Shown here piece by piece: positions 38,599-51,687 of a stretch of 64,000 bases of DNA. Source of the stretch: Azolla caroliniana. Its lineage: Eukaryota > Plantae > Polypodiophyta. A program made the translations under genes and the position numbers. The stretch covers positions 8,556,001-8,620,000 of the forward strand of contig JBHGNT010000005.1 of NCBI GenBank assembly GCA_043228905.1. Direction: 5' to 3'. The notes beneath the pieces were generated by a model. The model worked only from the letters and a program-made list of their open reading frames with translations, did no database searches and was not told the origin of the DNA. Position 1 is the first letter of the stretch, and every line of letters starts with the position of its first letter.

Positions 38599-41500
38599 TG
38601 TTGAGAGACAAGCTCAACATCGGCTGGATCGGCTCAGCAAGCTGAGGACCGGATCGGTTGGAAACCGGTACGCAGACCGGTGCATAGGAAGGTCGGATCG
38701 GTGCAGAAACCGGGAGGCCATCGGAAAGATATTCCGCAAGGAATATATTTGGGAGTTAGTGTAGGGGCTCCTCAATGAGCATTGAAATACTGTCAGTACT
38801 TCTGTCAGTCCGAAAAGGACTTGTATAAAAGTGTTCATTGAACACACACGATGTACAGATCGAGTATTATTTTTGAATTAAGTTCTTGTGTTTACTCTCT
38901 CTCTGTCTCTCCCGTGTGTACTATGCAAACCTAAGCTTTCCATTAAACCTACGTTTTCTATTGTTCAGTTTCCTATATTGCTTCACATGCCATTCTTTTC
39001 ATGGTATTAGAGCACGAGGGTTGAGAACCTCTGCAGTTGACTTTGCTTGAAGGAAAAACCAACGAAGAAGAACAAGAAAACCGATCGACAGATGAATGGC
39101 TAGCTCACTTCCGACGGAGAAGCTCGACAGAACCAACTACGCATCTTGGTCCTACAAGATGCACCAGTACCTGCTTGGGCACGGTTACTAGAGCTATGTT
39201 GAAGGAGTGAATGATGCGGCACCCGAATCGACACACAAAGACTTCCCGGCGTGGGAACAATCGGCGAGCAGAGTGTTGTACTGTTTCGCGTCTTGTGTGG
39301 GCGAACAGCTATTAAGCTACGTTCGGGATGCAAAAACGTCGAAGGGTGCGTGGGAAAATCTTAAGAAGATCTTTGCCACGAGCACCACAACCAGGAAGCT
39401 TAAGCTCCGACAGGAGTTAAGCAACCTACGACAACGCGATTTGTCGATGGCTGACTATACCTCGAAGATCAAAGACATATGCGACTCCTTAGCTTCCATC
39501 GATGTGAACATCGAGGAAAGCGAGATGGTCTAGGTTTGTCTCGGGGGTTTGGCATCAAAGTTCAAAGCGTTCCGAACTGTTGTCTGTACACGGGAGAATA
39601 CGTCATCATTTTTCGACTTACAGTCGATGCTCCTTATAGAGGAGAACCACGCGGGTGCGTCGACAAGCACACATGCCGACAACAAGATGCTTTACACGGA
39701 GGGAGATAGGCCTAGTGGTTGTGGCGGACGAGGCGAGTCGGTATGCAATGGAGGCGGCTGATGGGATCAAGGAAGAAGGCACGGAAGTGATGCCAACAGC
39801 AATTTCGGACCCTCCGGAAACAAGGGGAATCGAGGCGATGAGAACCGGCTAGGGAAATCCGCCGCGGAATGTTGGTACTGTGGCAAGAAAGGCCACAGGG
39901 AGAGCGAGTACTGGAAAAAGCGCACTGGTTTGGAGAGAACCAGGTCTGGAACAGGTTCCGGATATACCGACAAAGGAAATCGGCAACGATCACACTACGC
40001 CGAAGGATCCGGAGAAACCGGAAAAGGGTCAATCTTCGTGACGAGACACGAAGCAAACGCAATGAAGAAGATCTCCCCGAAGTCGGAGGAGGTGTGGTAC
40101 GTCGACTCTGGCGCGTCAAACCACATGACGTGCCATAAGGAGTGGTTCTCGTACCTAGAAAAACCGATGCAACCGGGAGTAGTCGGAACCGGAGATGACA
40201 CTCCGTATCCGATCGTGAATGTCGGAGAAGTTCCCCTGAGCCATGTCAGGCAGAAAGGGAAACTCATGAACGTGCTACATGTTCCGACAATCACGAAGAA
40301 CTTGGTGTCAATCGGACAGATCGTCGACCAAGGGATGGAGGTCCGGTTTACACACCTCGGGTGCTTAATTGAGGAAGAAGGCCGTGTTATTGCGCAAGGG
40401 CGCAGAGATGGGAGGATGTTCATCCTCGACTCTGTTGACGGTGGCACTGCAATGTTCGCAAAGGTACAAAAAAATGAGTCGAACATCGGCATATGGCACA
40501 AACAGATAGGCCACGTCAACTACCAGCGGCTTCAAGACCTGCAATCAAAACAGGTGGTGTTCGGATTGCCCAAATTTAGTGGCTAGAAGGCACAAATTTG
40601 TGAAGCCTGCCAGCTTGGGAAGCAACACCGACTTCCCTTCCCCAACGAGCGTAACCGAAGCCGGAACAAGCTCGACTTGATACACTCCGATGTGTGGGGG
40701 GCAACACAAAACGTTAGTCTTGGCGGGAGCCGATATTTCGTCTCCTTCATCGATGACTACACGCGGCACACATGGATCTACCTCATTGAGAGGAAGAGCG
40801 AAGTCTTCGATTGTTTCCGGGACCTCAAAGGGTTCGTGGAAACGGAAATAGGAAGAAAGATCAAGTGCCTGCGGTCGGATGGCGGAAAAGAATACTTTTC
40901 CGGTCAATTCAACGGTTATCTACAACATATGGGAATTCGGCGTGAATTTAGTTGTAGATACACGCTGGAGCAAAACGGCGTGGCCGAGAGGAAAAATCGG
41001 TCGGTTGTGGAAGCGGCGCGGGCAATGCTAGAAGAAAAGAGCTTGCCCAAGTTCTATTGGGCCGAGGCGGTACGAACCGCGGTATACATCCAGAATCGGA
41101 TCGGAGAAAAAGTGTCGGCGCACGAGCTATATTTCGGAACGAAGCTGAACTTGCGACACTTACGAGTTTTCGATAGCATTGCGTATTTACATGTGCCGAA
41201 AAAGAAATGGAGAAAGCTGGACGCAAAATGTCGGTTACTCGCACGAGCAGAAGGGTTATAAGTGTTATAACCCACGCACCAAACAAGCGCGCGTGAGCCG
41301 CGACGTTGTGTTTGATGAGTCCGTATCCTAGTACTTGCCTCTGACTCCGGATCTCAACTCCAATCCGAGCTCTGACGATGAGGTCAGCGAGAATAAGATG
41401 CCTCCGGATGAGCCTGAAATCGGGACCGGCGAAGAGAGTCCGATTTCGTTTCGGTTAAGCGGACCGAATGGATGACTGAGTCAGTTCAACCAGTCCGATG

Positions 41501-44236
41501 AAGAGTCGGCGAGTAGTGGAGACTCGACCGTGCATTCCCCGCACAGGAAACCGAGGAGATGGCTTACGCGCAAAGAGAAAGGGAAGAAGATGGTGTCGGA
41601 TTCCGGCACGGATAGGAACGAGTCAGACCGACGCGAGTCCGACTCCGAGGGAAGCGGTGACGGGTCTTCAAGAATGAAGTGTGCGTCGGTCGAGAAGACC
41701 TCGACATTGGCTAATGACCAATTACGCTGATCTACCCGCCAAAAGAACCCAGTTGTGCGGTTCGGATACAACGAGTACATGGCGCATCATTATGCGTACA
41801 TGACACGTGTAGTGGAAGTGCGTGAGCCGGAGAACTACGCAGAAGCGGCTAAGGACACAAATTGGTGTGCCACGATGGAGGAAGAGATGCACGCATTAGT
41901 GGAAAATGAGACCTGGAACCTAGGGGGAACCTAGTTGACGCACCAACGGGTGTGAAGCCGATCGGATGTAGGTGGGTGTACAAAGTCAAGTACAACACCG
42001 ACGGCTCGGTCAACCGATACAAGGCCTGGTTAGTGGCAAAAGGCTACGCACAGAAACACGGCATCGACTATGATGAGACGTTTGCGCCGGTCGCGAAGAT
42101 GACGACCGTCCGTGTTTTGCTCGCGGTAGCTGCAGTAAAGGGGTGGCACTTACATCAGATGGATGTAAAGAATGTGTTCCTGCAACGTGAGCTTGAGGAA
42201 TAGGATTTCACTCCGGAACGAACACGTTGGCAGTGTGCCAATTGAAGAAGTCCCTTTACGGACTGAAGCAAGCCCCGCGTGCCTGGAACGCGAAGATCAC
42301 GCAGCAACTGCGTCGGATGGGCTTTGCAACGTCAAAATCGGACTCTTCCCTGTTCATCCGGAAAGGTCGACTTGGTCCGGTCAGTATTTTACTATATGTT
42401 GATGACTTGGTCATCACCGGTGCTGACCTAGGTGAAATCGACCGCGTGAAGCTCCAGCTTGCGGCATCGTTCGACATGAAGGATCTTGGGGATCTTCATT
42501 ACTTCCTTGGGATCGAAGTGATCCGCACCCCCGAAGGCATACTGATCAGCCAATGTCATTACACGTTGAATATGCTCTTCAAATTCGAGACTCCTCTGGA
42601 TAGAACCGTCAAGCTTCGCCCCAATTCCGGAAAGGTATGCGACCTAACGAGGTTTCGACAAATTGTCAGAAGCCTTATCTACTTAACAATCACCCGACCC
42701 AATCTCAGTTATCCGGTCGGGGTGATCAGTTAGTTCATGGCGCGACCTACCGAGGAGCACCTTCAGTGTGCGCAACGCGTACTATGGTACGTAAGCGGCA
42801 CTAAGGACCGGGGATTGCTATATCGAACCGGTACAACCTCGCAGTTGGTCAGCTACACCGATGTTGATTGGGCTAGCAACGCCGTTGATTGCCAATCCAC
42901 GTCTGGATACGCGTTCTCTCTTGGGAGTGCTGTGATAGCGTGGAGCAGTAAGAAGCAGCCGACAGTTGCACTGTCGAGCACCGAAGCTGAGTACCGAGGA
43001 GCGACTGTCGCGACATGCGAAGCCATATGGTTGAAGCGGCTACTTAAGGACCTACAAGAGGAGGTGTCTGACCCGACAACGATCTACTGCGACAACCTCA
43101 ACAGCATCCAGCTTGCGAAGAACCCTGTTTTCCACGCACGGACCAAGCACATTGAGGTGCACTACCATTTTGTCCGTGAGCGTGTCCTTTCTGGTGAAGT
43201 GAAACTTCAGTATGTTCTGACGGATCGGTAGACCGCCGACATTTTCACCAAGCCTCTTGGTCTGGACAAGTTGTGGCAATTCTCGGGTGCGCTTGGGTTG
43301 CGTCACCTCGACGTGCCGAACTTGAGGGGGAGAGAAGACCATAATGCCGAGTCAGATGATGAATTCGATTTTGGATCAGCTGAAGAAGCCGAGGGCGGAT
43401 CCGCGGAGGATTCCAAAAGCGGACATAAGGGGAGCAGCCGAAACAAAGAGCCGAAGCCAACCAAGCATGGGGGAGATGACGTCGTCAAGGGCGTGAAGAC
43501 CGAAAACGAGTTGGAGACAGCCAACTCGGACGAGAGTGAAAATCGATCGGAGGTAGCCGAGTCGGTTTGGATGTTTGATTCGGATACACTAAATCAACCG
43601 AGGGCCAAGCGGAAAAGAAGGTAGCAGGAGAAGTGCCAACACCGCGACATCAATGGAGCTGTGAAGGGCCGTGGGATCAGACAAGCCGACCGGAAGGGTC
43701 GAAGCGCACGGAGTCGAACAGGCCGAGGAGCGCGAGCGAGGCGTGGAGCCAGGAGGAACGGGAGCGGTGATTCGGAAGATCCCGAAGAGCCTCAAGTTGA
43801 GCTTGAGGGGGAGTGTTGAGAGACAAGCTCAACATTGGCCGGATCGACTTAGCAAGCCGAGGACCAGATCGGTTGGGACCGATCGGTTGGAAACCGGTAC
43901 GCAAACCGGTGCATAGGAAGGCCGGATCGGTGCAGAAACCGGGAGGCCATCAGAAAGATATTCCGCAAGGAATATATTTGGGAGTTAGTGTAGGGGCTCC
44001 TCAATGAGCATTCAAGTACTGTCAGTACTTCTATCAATCCAAAATGGACTTGTATAAAAGTGTTCATTGAACACACACGATGTACAGATCGAGTATTATT
44101 TTTGAATTAAGTTCTTGTGTTTACTCTCTCTCTGTCTCTCTCGAGCGTACTGTGCAAACCTAAGCTTTCCATTAAACCTGTGTTTTCTATTGTTCGGTTT
44201 CCTATATTGCTTCCGCACCGCACGCCATTCTTTTCA
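38599..44236 (+). mobile_element. Full-length Ty1/copia element F (family of A and B), inserted in RT of E
   Basis: LTRs 38599-39001 and 43814-44236, PBS tggtattagagc at 39002, PPT gagggggag 43805-43813, TSD GTACG (38594-38598 and 44237-44241). gag-pol has many stops and frameshifts. Confidence 0.96.
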
Positions 44237-46185
44237 GTACGAGCCATCCTAAACGCCCCCGCACCCTCGAACACAAAGACCCTCAGCCGATTTCTAGGAC
44301 AAATCAGATGGCACAGCCGGATGATACGCCACCTGGCCGATTTCGCGACACCACTACACGTGGCAGTGCATCGACTTCCCTTTCAATGGACTTCACTTGA
44401 GGACGAGGCTTACCAAGCTTTGAAGTTAATGCTCTCGCATGCCCCAGTTGTACAGCCCCTGATATAGTCGGAACCTTTTCACATCTTCGTGGACGCATCA
44501 GATATCGCCATCGGGAGCGCACTTATGTAATGCACGCCCCCAAAATGGTATCGACCAGTGTATTATGCTAGCCGACATCTCTTGGCTGCAGAAAAGAACT
44601 ATTCAACCACCGAACGAGAGGCCCTCGGTATGATTTACAGCATCAGTAAATTTCGGCATTACCTCTTAGACCGAAAATTCACATTTCACGTCGATCACTC
44701 GGCCCTCCTTTACTGGTCAATAAACAAGCCCTGACAGGTCGCCTGGCTCGATGGATGCTCTTGTTACAAGAGTTTGATTTTCATATACAGCATCAACCCG
44801 GAGTCCAACATGCCGTCGCTGACTACCTAAGCTGCCTCGAGTCAGGGGACCCTGCCGAGTCCACGTATGACGACTTACCCAATGCCGGCCTATTTAATCT
44901 CACAACGCTGCTAGACGACAAAGAAGATGAATGGATCACGAAGATGACCCATTTCCTTAGTACTGGCATGCCTCCTGACCATATGCCCCTCGATGCGCGG
45001 AAACGACTCGCAGTACGAAGCCGAAACTTTTGTCTCGTTTCCAACACCCTCTACCACAAAGGCTCGGATGGAATATGGCGCCGGGCAATTCGACAATTCG
45101 AGAAGAAGGCCATCCTCCAAGAGTCCCACCTAGGAATCACCGGTGGACACTATGCCGGAGAGTCCACGACAAGGAAAGTATGGCAGAGTGGGTTATGGTG
45201 GACTACAACGAAAAAGGATGCCCACAAATTCTGTCGGCAGTGCGGTTGGGACAACCGATGGAACAAGCTCGAATGCTACATCAACCCATTCTTCCATTGG
45301 AACCATTTCAAAAATGGGGGTTAGATTTTGTGGGACCCTTCAAACCAACCGCGGCCCGAACCGGTAATAAGAATATCATCGTGGCCACGGAGTACTGCAC
45401 AAAATGGGTCGAGGCAAAGGCTTTACGAGATAACACAGCAGCATCCATAGCCAAATTCGTGTACGAACATCTCTGGTGCCGTTATGGATGCCCAATAGAG
45501 CTCGTTTGTGACCAAGGTGGGCACTTTATAAACCATATATAATACGCGAGCTTATGACACACTACGTCGTTGTACATAAGAAAAGTACACTATACTACCC
45601 GTAGGCAAACGGATTGGCAGAATCGACTAACAAAATTCTCCAAACAATCTTGAAGAAGATCGTCAACGAGAACCGCACCGATTGGGATGACAAGCTCCAG
45701 AGTACACTATGGGCTTATCGCACTACATTCAAAACGAGCATTCAATCCACCCCCTTTCGGATGGCTTTTGGTCTCGAAGCCGTTATGCCCATCGAGTTCC
45801 AAGTTCCGAGTCTCCGAGTTCAAGTTAAAGCAAGGCTCCCCGAGGCCCAATCCAAACAAATTCGGCTGGAACAACTCCTCGAACTTGGCGAGGACCGAGT
45901 AGCGAACATGGCCCAACTTGAACAGCGCCAATGACAACGGAAAGCCTTTGTGGACCGACATCGGAAAGGATTGGAACAAGAACTGACCATCAGCAAACCG
46001 GCCCTGCTTTTCTAGACACAACTCGGTGCCATGCCAGGGAAGTTACAATTTCGATGGACCGGCCCCTTCTGGTTTAGTGACGAGTTTAACGACATGTTCT
46101 AGCTTAGCACCCTCGTCGAGGAAATTGTCAAAAGCTGGGTGAATGGATTCCGACTGCGACCGTACCAAGGAAATACCCCAGCCAA

Positions 46186-49100
46186 CCACAACCGAGCTTA
46201 GAATCAAAACACAGAAAAACGAGAATGAATGCACGAGACAATGGAGAGAAGAGAACACGGGATGTTAATGTGGAAAAACCCAAACTAGGGAAAAAACCAC
46301 GGCAGCCCACGGACTGCAAACTATCACTATGTCAGAATGTACAAATGGTAAAGCACCGAAGCAATGACCTCGAGCTTTCTATCTTCGCCACATGCGGCGG
46401 TTACAATAGAGGCAACGACCTCTTCCTCTCTCTCACTCTCTCTGTACACAGTTGCACGCTCTAATCTTGCGCCAACAAGAATGACAACAACAACTATACT
46501 AAGTTTGCCCTAAGTCATATTTATACTAATATGACTTTTCGGCTATCTACAAATATAGCCCCAATGGACTCTCAGAAACATATTTACGAATATGTCCCTT
46601 CATCCGGCGAGCACTCTTCACCGGGTCTGCATCATCCGGCGCTTGCCGGGTACTCGTCATCCGGTTCTCACCGGGTATTCACCATCCGGGTCTTGTCGGG
46701 TACTCGTCATCCGGTTCTCACCAGGTCTTCCAATGTCGGGTTGCCGTCATCCGGTTCTCACCAGGTCTTCCGTAGCCGGGTTGCCGTAATCCGGTTCTCA
46801 CCGGGTCTTCCGTAGCCAGGTTCACCACATCCGGTTTCGGCCGAGGCCTCCCATCCGGAGGGACCTGTTTCCTAACAAACTCCCCCTTCACTCCGGCATG
46901 GGATGTCTTACTAGTCCAATCCGCTTCCGGCATGCATCCAGCTTGTCGGGTATCAATACTTTGGTCAGCATATCTGACCCGTTCTCGGCCGTGTGGATCT
47001 TCATCAGCACGAACTCCTGGTCATCTACTCTTTCCCGGATCCAATGATACCTTCGTTGGATATGCTTCGTTCAGGAATGGTAGGCCACATTCTTAGCAAG
47101 GTGGATGGCACTTTGACTGTCGCAATAGAGCCGGTATTCATCTTGCTGGATACCGAGCTCTCCGATGAAGTCCTTCATCCATAATATTTCCTTTCCGACT
47201 TCCACAGCCGCCATGTACTCCGCCTCCGTGGTTGACAATGCAACCGTCTTCTGCAGCCTCGACTGCCACGAAACAGCTCCCCCTGCATATGTCATTACAT
47301 ACCCAGATGTAGACCGGCTGGTATCCACATCAGCCGACATGTCCGAATTGGTAAAACCGTCAAGTTGAGGTTTACCGGAGCCGAATCGGAGACACATATT
47401 TGAAGTTCCCTTCAAGTACCAGAGTATCCATTTGACTGTGTTCCAGTGCTCCTTACCGGGATTGCTCATAAACTGGCTCACCACTCCGACTGCGTATCCT
47501 ATATCCAGTCGGGTACACTCCATTGCATACATTAAGCTCCCGACGGCAGAGGCATATGGAACCTTCATCATATCAGCCTTCTTTGCTTTCGTCTTCGGGC
47601 TTTGCTTACAGGATAATCTGCAGTTTGCCGGGAGTGTCGATCCAACCGGTTTCGCTTCTAACATGTTGAACCGCTGAAGCACCTTTGTCACGTACTTCTC
47701 CTGTGACAGCCACAATTGCTTCGTTGGCCGGTTCCTGATGATATGCATCCCTAGCATCTGTCTTGCCGGACCCAAGTCTTTCATTGAGAAGGTCCGGTTG
47801 AGAGCCTTCTTCAGCATCCGTATTTTGGCTTGGTCCCGTCCGACAATCAACATGTCGTCCACGTAGAGGAGGAGTATCAGGAAGTCACCTCCTTCGAACT
47901 TCTTCACAAACACGGGGTCATCGGCCTGCGTCTTGTGGTACCATTGTCGAACTTCCGGTACCATTGTTAGGGAGCCTGCTTCAGTCCGTACAAGCTCTTC
48001 TTCAACCGGCAAACCAGGCCCTCCTTCCCTTTCTCCACAAATCCTTCCGGTTGCTGCATGTAGATCTCCTCTTCGAGGTCACCGTGAAGGAATGTCGTCT
48101 TCACGTCCAGCTGCTCTACCTCGAGGTCCATGCTAGCCGCTATACTCAGCACCATCCAGATGGAGGTCATCTTTACTGCCGGGGCAAATATCTCGTCGAA
48201 GTCCACGCCCTTCTTCTGCTAGAACCCCTTCACCACGATCCTCGCCTTGTATCTCGGGGGGTTGCCGGCATCTCCCGGTTTCAACTTGTACACCCACTTG
48301 CTTCGGAGTGCCCGCTTTCCTTTCGGCAACTCCACCAATTCGTACGTATGGTTCTCATGCAAGGAATCCATCTCATCCTACATGGCACTTAACCATTTGC
48401 GGCTGTGGGTGTCATCCTTCGCTTCTTCGAAGCTTTTCGGCTCTCCCTCATCGGTCATCAACACATGCTCTGAATCCAGAAATCTTCGGGGGGGCCTTCT
48501 CTCTCTGAGAGGATATCTCCGTCTTTGGCCTTCGGCAACTGGCTCCACTATTTGATCTTCATCCGAATCCGATTCGAGGTCTTGGCCGGTTCCGGTTTCA
48601 GCTTCCTCTACTTCTTCTTCTGCCGGTTCGGTATCCTCACCGTAACCGGTTGGTTCCTCGAGTGCTAACCGGTCTCTTGCCGGTTGGGTCTGCTCATCGT
48701 AGAATCGATCCTTATCGGTCGACTCGGAGTTCATTATCTTCTTCTCCGACTCCAAGTCGGCGAGCGTCTTGTCCTCCATGAAGATAATATCTCGACTCCG
48801 GAATACCTTCTTGTCGACCAAGTCCCACACTCGGTAGCCGAACTCATTGTCGCCGTAACCGAGGAATACCTTCTTTGGATCTAGTTATCCTCTCCGGTCC
48901 TTAGCTACATGCACATACGCAAGACACCCAAATACTTTCAGATGCCGGTAGGACACTTCCTTACCGGTCCAGACTCTTTGTGGCGTTTCTCCGTCCAAGG
49001 GTACTAAGGGTGATCTGTTTATCACATATGTCGTCGTCGACAGTGCCTCAACCCAAACTTCTTGGGTAGTTTTGCATGCGCCAGCATACTCCGGACCCTC

Positions 49101-51658
49101 TCCATTATGGTCCGGTTCATCCTCTCGGCCAACCCGTTTAGTTCCGGCGTCTTCGGCACGGTAAATTCGAGCCGGATTCCCTTCGAGCAACAGTACTCCT
49201 CGAACTGCTCCCGGTATTCACCTCCATTATCTACTCGAACCGCCTTCAACTTCTGGCCGGTTTCTCTTTCCACTCTCGCGTGGAACTCTTCGAAGACGGA
49301 TAACACCTGATCCTTCATCTTCAACAGTGTGGCCCACAGCTTCCGGTTGTGGTCATTTATGAACGTCACGAAGTACTGCGATCCGGCATGTGACTTCGTG
49401 TCCACTTGACATACATTAGTATGCACCAACTCCAGTGGTACATTACGTCTCATCGGTGGCCTCCATCGGAAGGAGGTCCGGTTTTGCTTACCGGCCAGAC
49501 AATCAGTGCACTTCTCCAAGTGCACGTTCTTCACTGGAATGAGGTTGTTGTCTGCAAGCCTCTTCATCCCCTTCTCGCTCATGTGACACAGCCTTTTGTG
49601 CCACAACTCACCGGTAGTGTCGGATGCCACGTTCACTTCCTCCGGACATAACTGGGCATTCATCAGGTACAACGTGTTTACCTTCCGGGCCCGAGCTACA
49701 ATCAGGCTCCCTTTGCTGAACTTCATAACACCGTTCCAGATGCTACTCGTGTAGCCTTCATCATCAAGCCGACCGGCTGATATCAGGTTCAGACGAACCT
49801 CCGGAACGTGTCGGACATCCTTCAGCAGCAGCTTGCATCCGGTTGGTGTTGTCAGCCACACGTTTCCTATGCCGACAATTCGGCATGTACCTTCCTTCCC
49901 CATCCGAACACAGCCGTGATCACCGGCTGAGTAGGATGAGAAGCATTTCCGGTCCGGGATAAGGTCGAATGACGCTCCGGAGTCGACCACCCAGGTCATC
50001 TCGTCGCCAACAAGATTTATCTCACTCTCCTCGGTGATGAGCATCAACTCTTCTTCACTTGCCGCGATTGCCGTCGTTCTGTTCCGGTCCGTTCCCCTCC
50101 GGTCTTTACCATTTCGGTCCGGTGTCCGCTTAGAATCGGTATTGTCGGTATCCTTGTCTTTTCGGAATTGCCGACAGTTCTTCTGGAAGTGTCCCGGCTT
50201 GCCGCAATAGCAGCAAGTAGGCCTCCCCCTTGACTTTGACCGTGTCCCTGACTTCTCCCGGTTCTGAGGACTACGGTTCCTTTGTCTTCCGCGTTCCGAT
50301 TCGGTAAGGAGCGCTTTGGAGTTGGAGCTCGTATCCTTATCTTTCCGACACGTCTCCTCATCTAGCAAGCTCGACTTCACTCTTGCTAGGGATAACCGTT
50401 TCCCTTCCGGCCCGGCGTTGCCCAAAGTGACAACCAACGTCTCCCAGCTATCCGGGAGGGAACCGAGCAGGAGTAGCGCCAGTACCTCATCGGTGAGAGG
50501 TACTTCCAATGATGTTGCCTGGTGTATCAACCCCTAGAAGGCATTCATGTGCTCCGCCATGCTGGAGCCATCTTGGTACCGGAGTCTTACTAGCTTCCGG
50601 AATACCGAGACCTGGTTAACAGCATTTTTGTTCTGAAACATAATGTCGATCTTCTCCCAGAGCTCATGAGCCTTGCTCTCTTCATTGAAGTTGTTGTATA
50701 GAGTCATGTCGATAAAGCACCGTATGTACGTCGTTGTCTTCATGTGCATCACCTCCCATATCGTGGCGTCGATTTTGTCCGGTCTCTTGTCCCCGAACTG
50801 AACCCGCAACCAAAGATCTTTAACCACGAGCATGTCCCTCATCTTCGACTTCCACACGGAATAGTTGGAGCCGGTGAGCTTGAACATGCCTCCCAACGAT
50901 TCGTCCATTTTCTGTGTCGATTTGCTCTGATACCACTTTGACAGGAACTACACGCTCCCGATGAACAACGCTCGGCCACAACCGAGCTTAGAATCAAAAC
51001 ACAGAAAAACGGGAATGAATGCACGAGACAATGGAGAGAAGAGAACACAGGATGTTAACTTGGAAAAACCCAAACTAGGGAAAAAACCACGGCAACCCAC
51101 AGACTGCAAACTATCACTATGTCAGAATGTACAAATGGTAAAGCACCGAAGCAACGACCTCGAGCTTTCTATCTTCACCACAGGCGGCGGTTACAACAGA
51201 GGCAATGACCTCTTCCTCTCTCTCACTCTCTTCGTACACAGTTGCACACTCTAATCTTACGCCAACAAGAATGACAACAACAACTATACTAAGTTTGCCC
51301 TAAGTCATATTTATACTAATATGACTTCTCGGCTATTTACAAATATAGCCCCAATGGACTCTCAGAAACATATTTACGAATATGTCCCTTCATCCGGCGA
51401 GCACTCTTCACCGGGTCTGCATCATTCGGCAGCTTGCCGGGTACTCCACATCCAGTTCTCACCAGGTCTTCCAATGTCGGGTTGCCGTCATCCGGTTCTC
51501 ACCAGGTCTTCCAATGCCGAGTTGCCGTCATCCGGTTCTCACCAGGTCTTCCATAGTCGGGTTGCCGTAATCCGGTTCTCACCGGGTTTTCCGTAGCCGG
51601 GTTCACCACATCCGGTTTCGGCTGAGGCCTCCCATCCGGAGGGACCTGTTTCCTAACA
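46186..51658 (-). mobile_element. Near full-length Ty1/copia element G (family of D), inserted at the end of E integrase
   Basis: 5' LTR 50939-51658; 3' LTR 46186-46877, missing its outer ~38 bp. PBS 50924-50935, PPT about 46880-46889. gag-pol pieces MDESLGGMFKL, CCYCGKPGHFQKNC, ELNGLAERMNR, LLLYVDDML. The LTRs contain ~39-bp internal repeats (ccggttctcaccaggtcttcc). Confidence 0.94.
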
Positions 51659-51687
51659 CTTCCACACAGCAGAACCCCGAGTCCATT

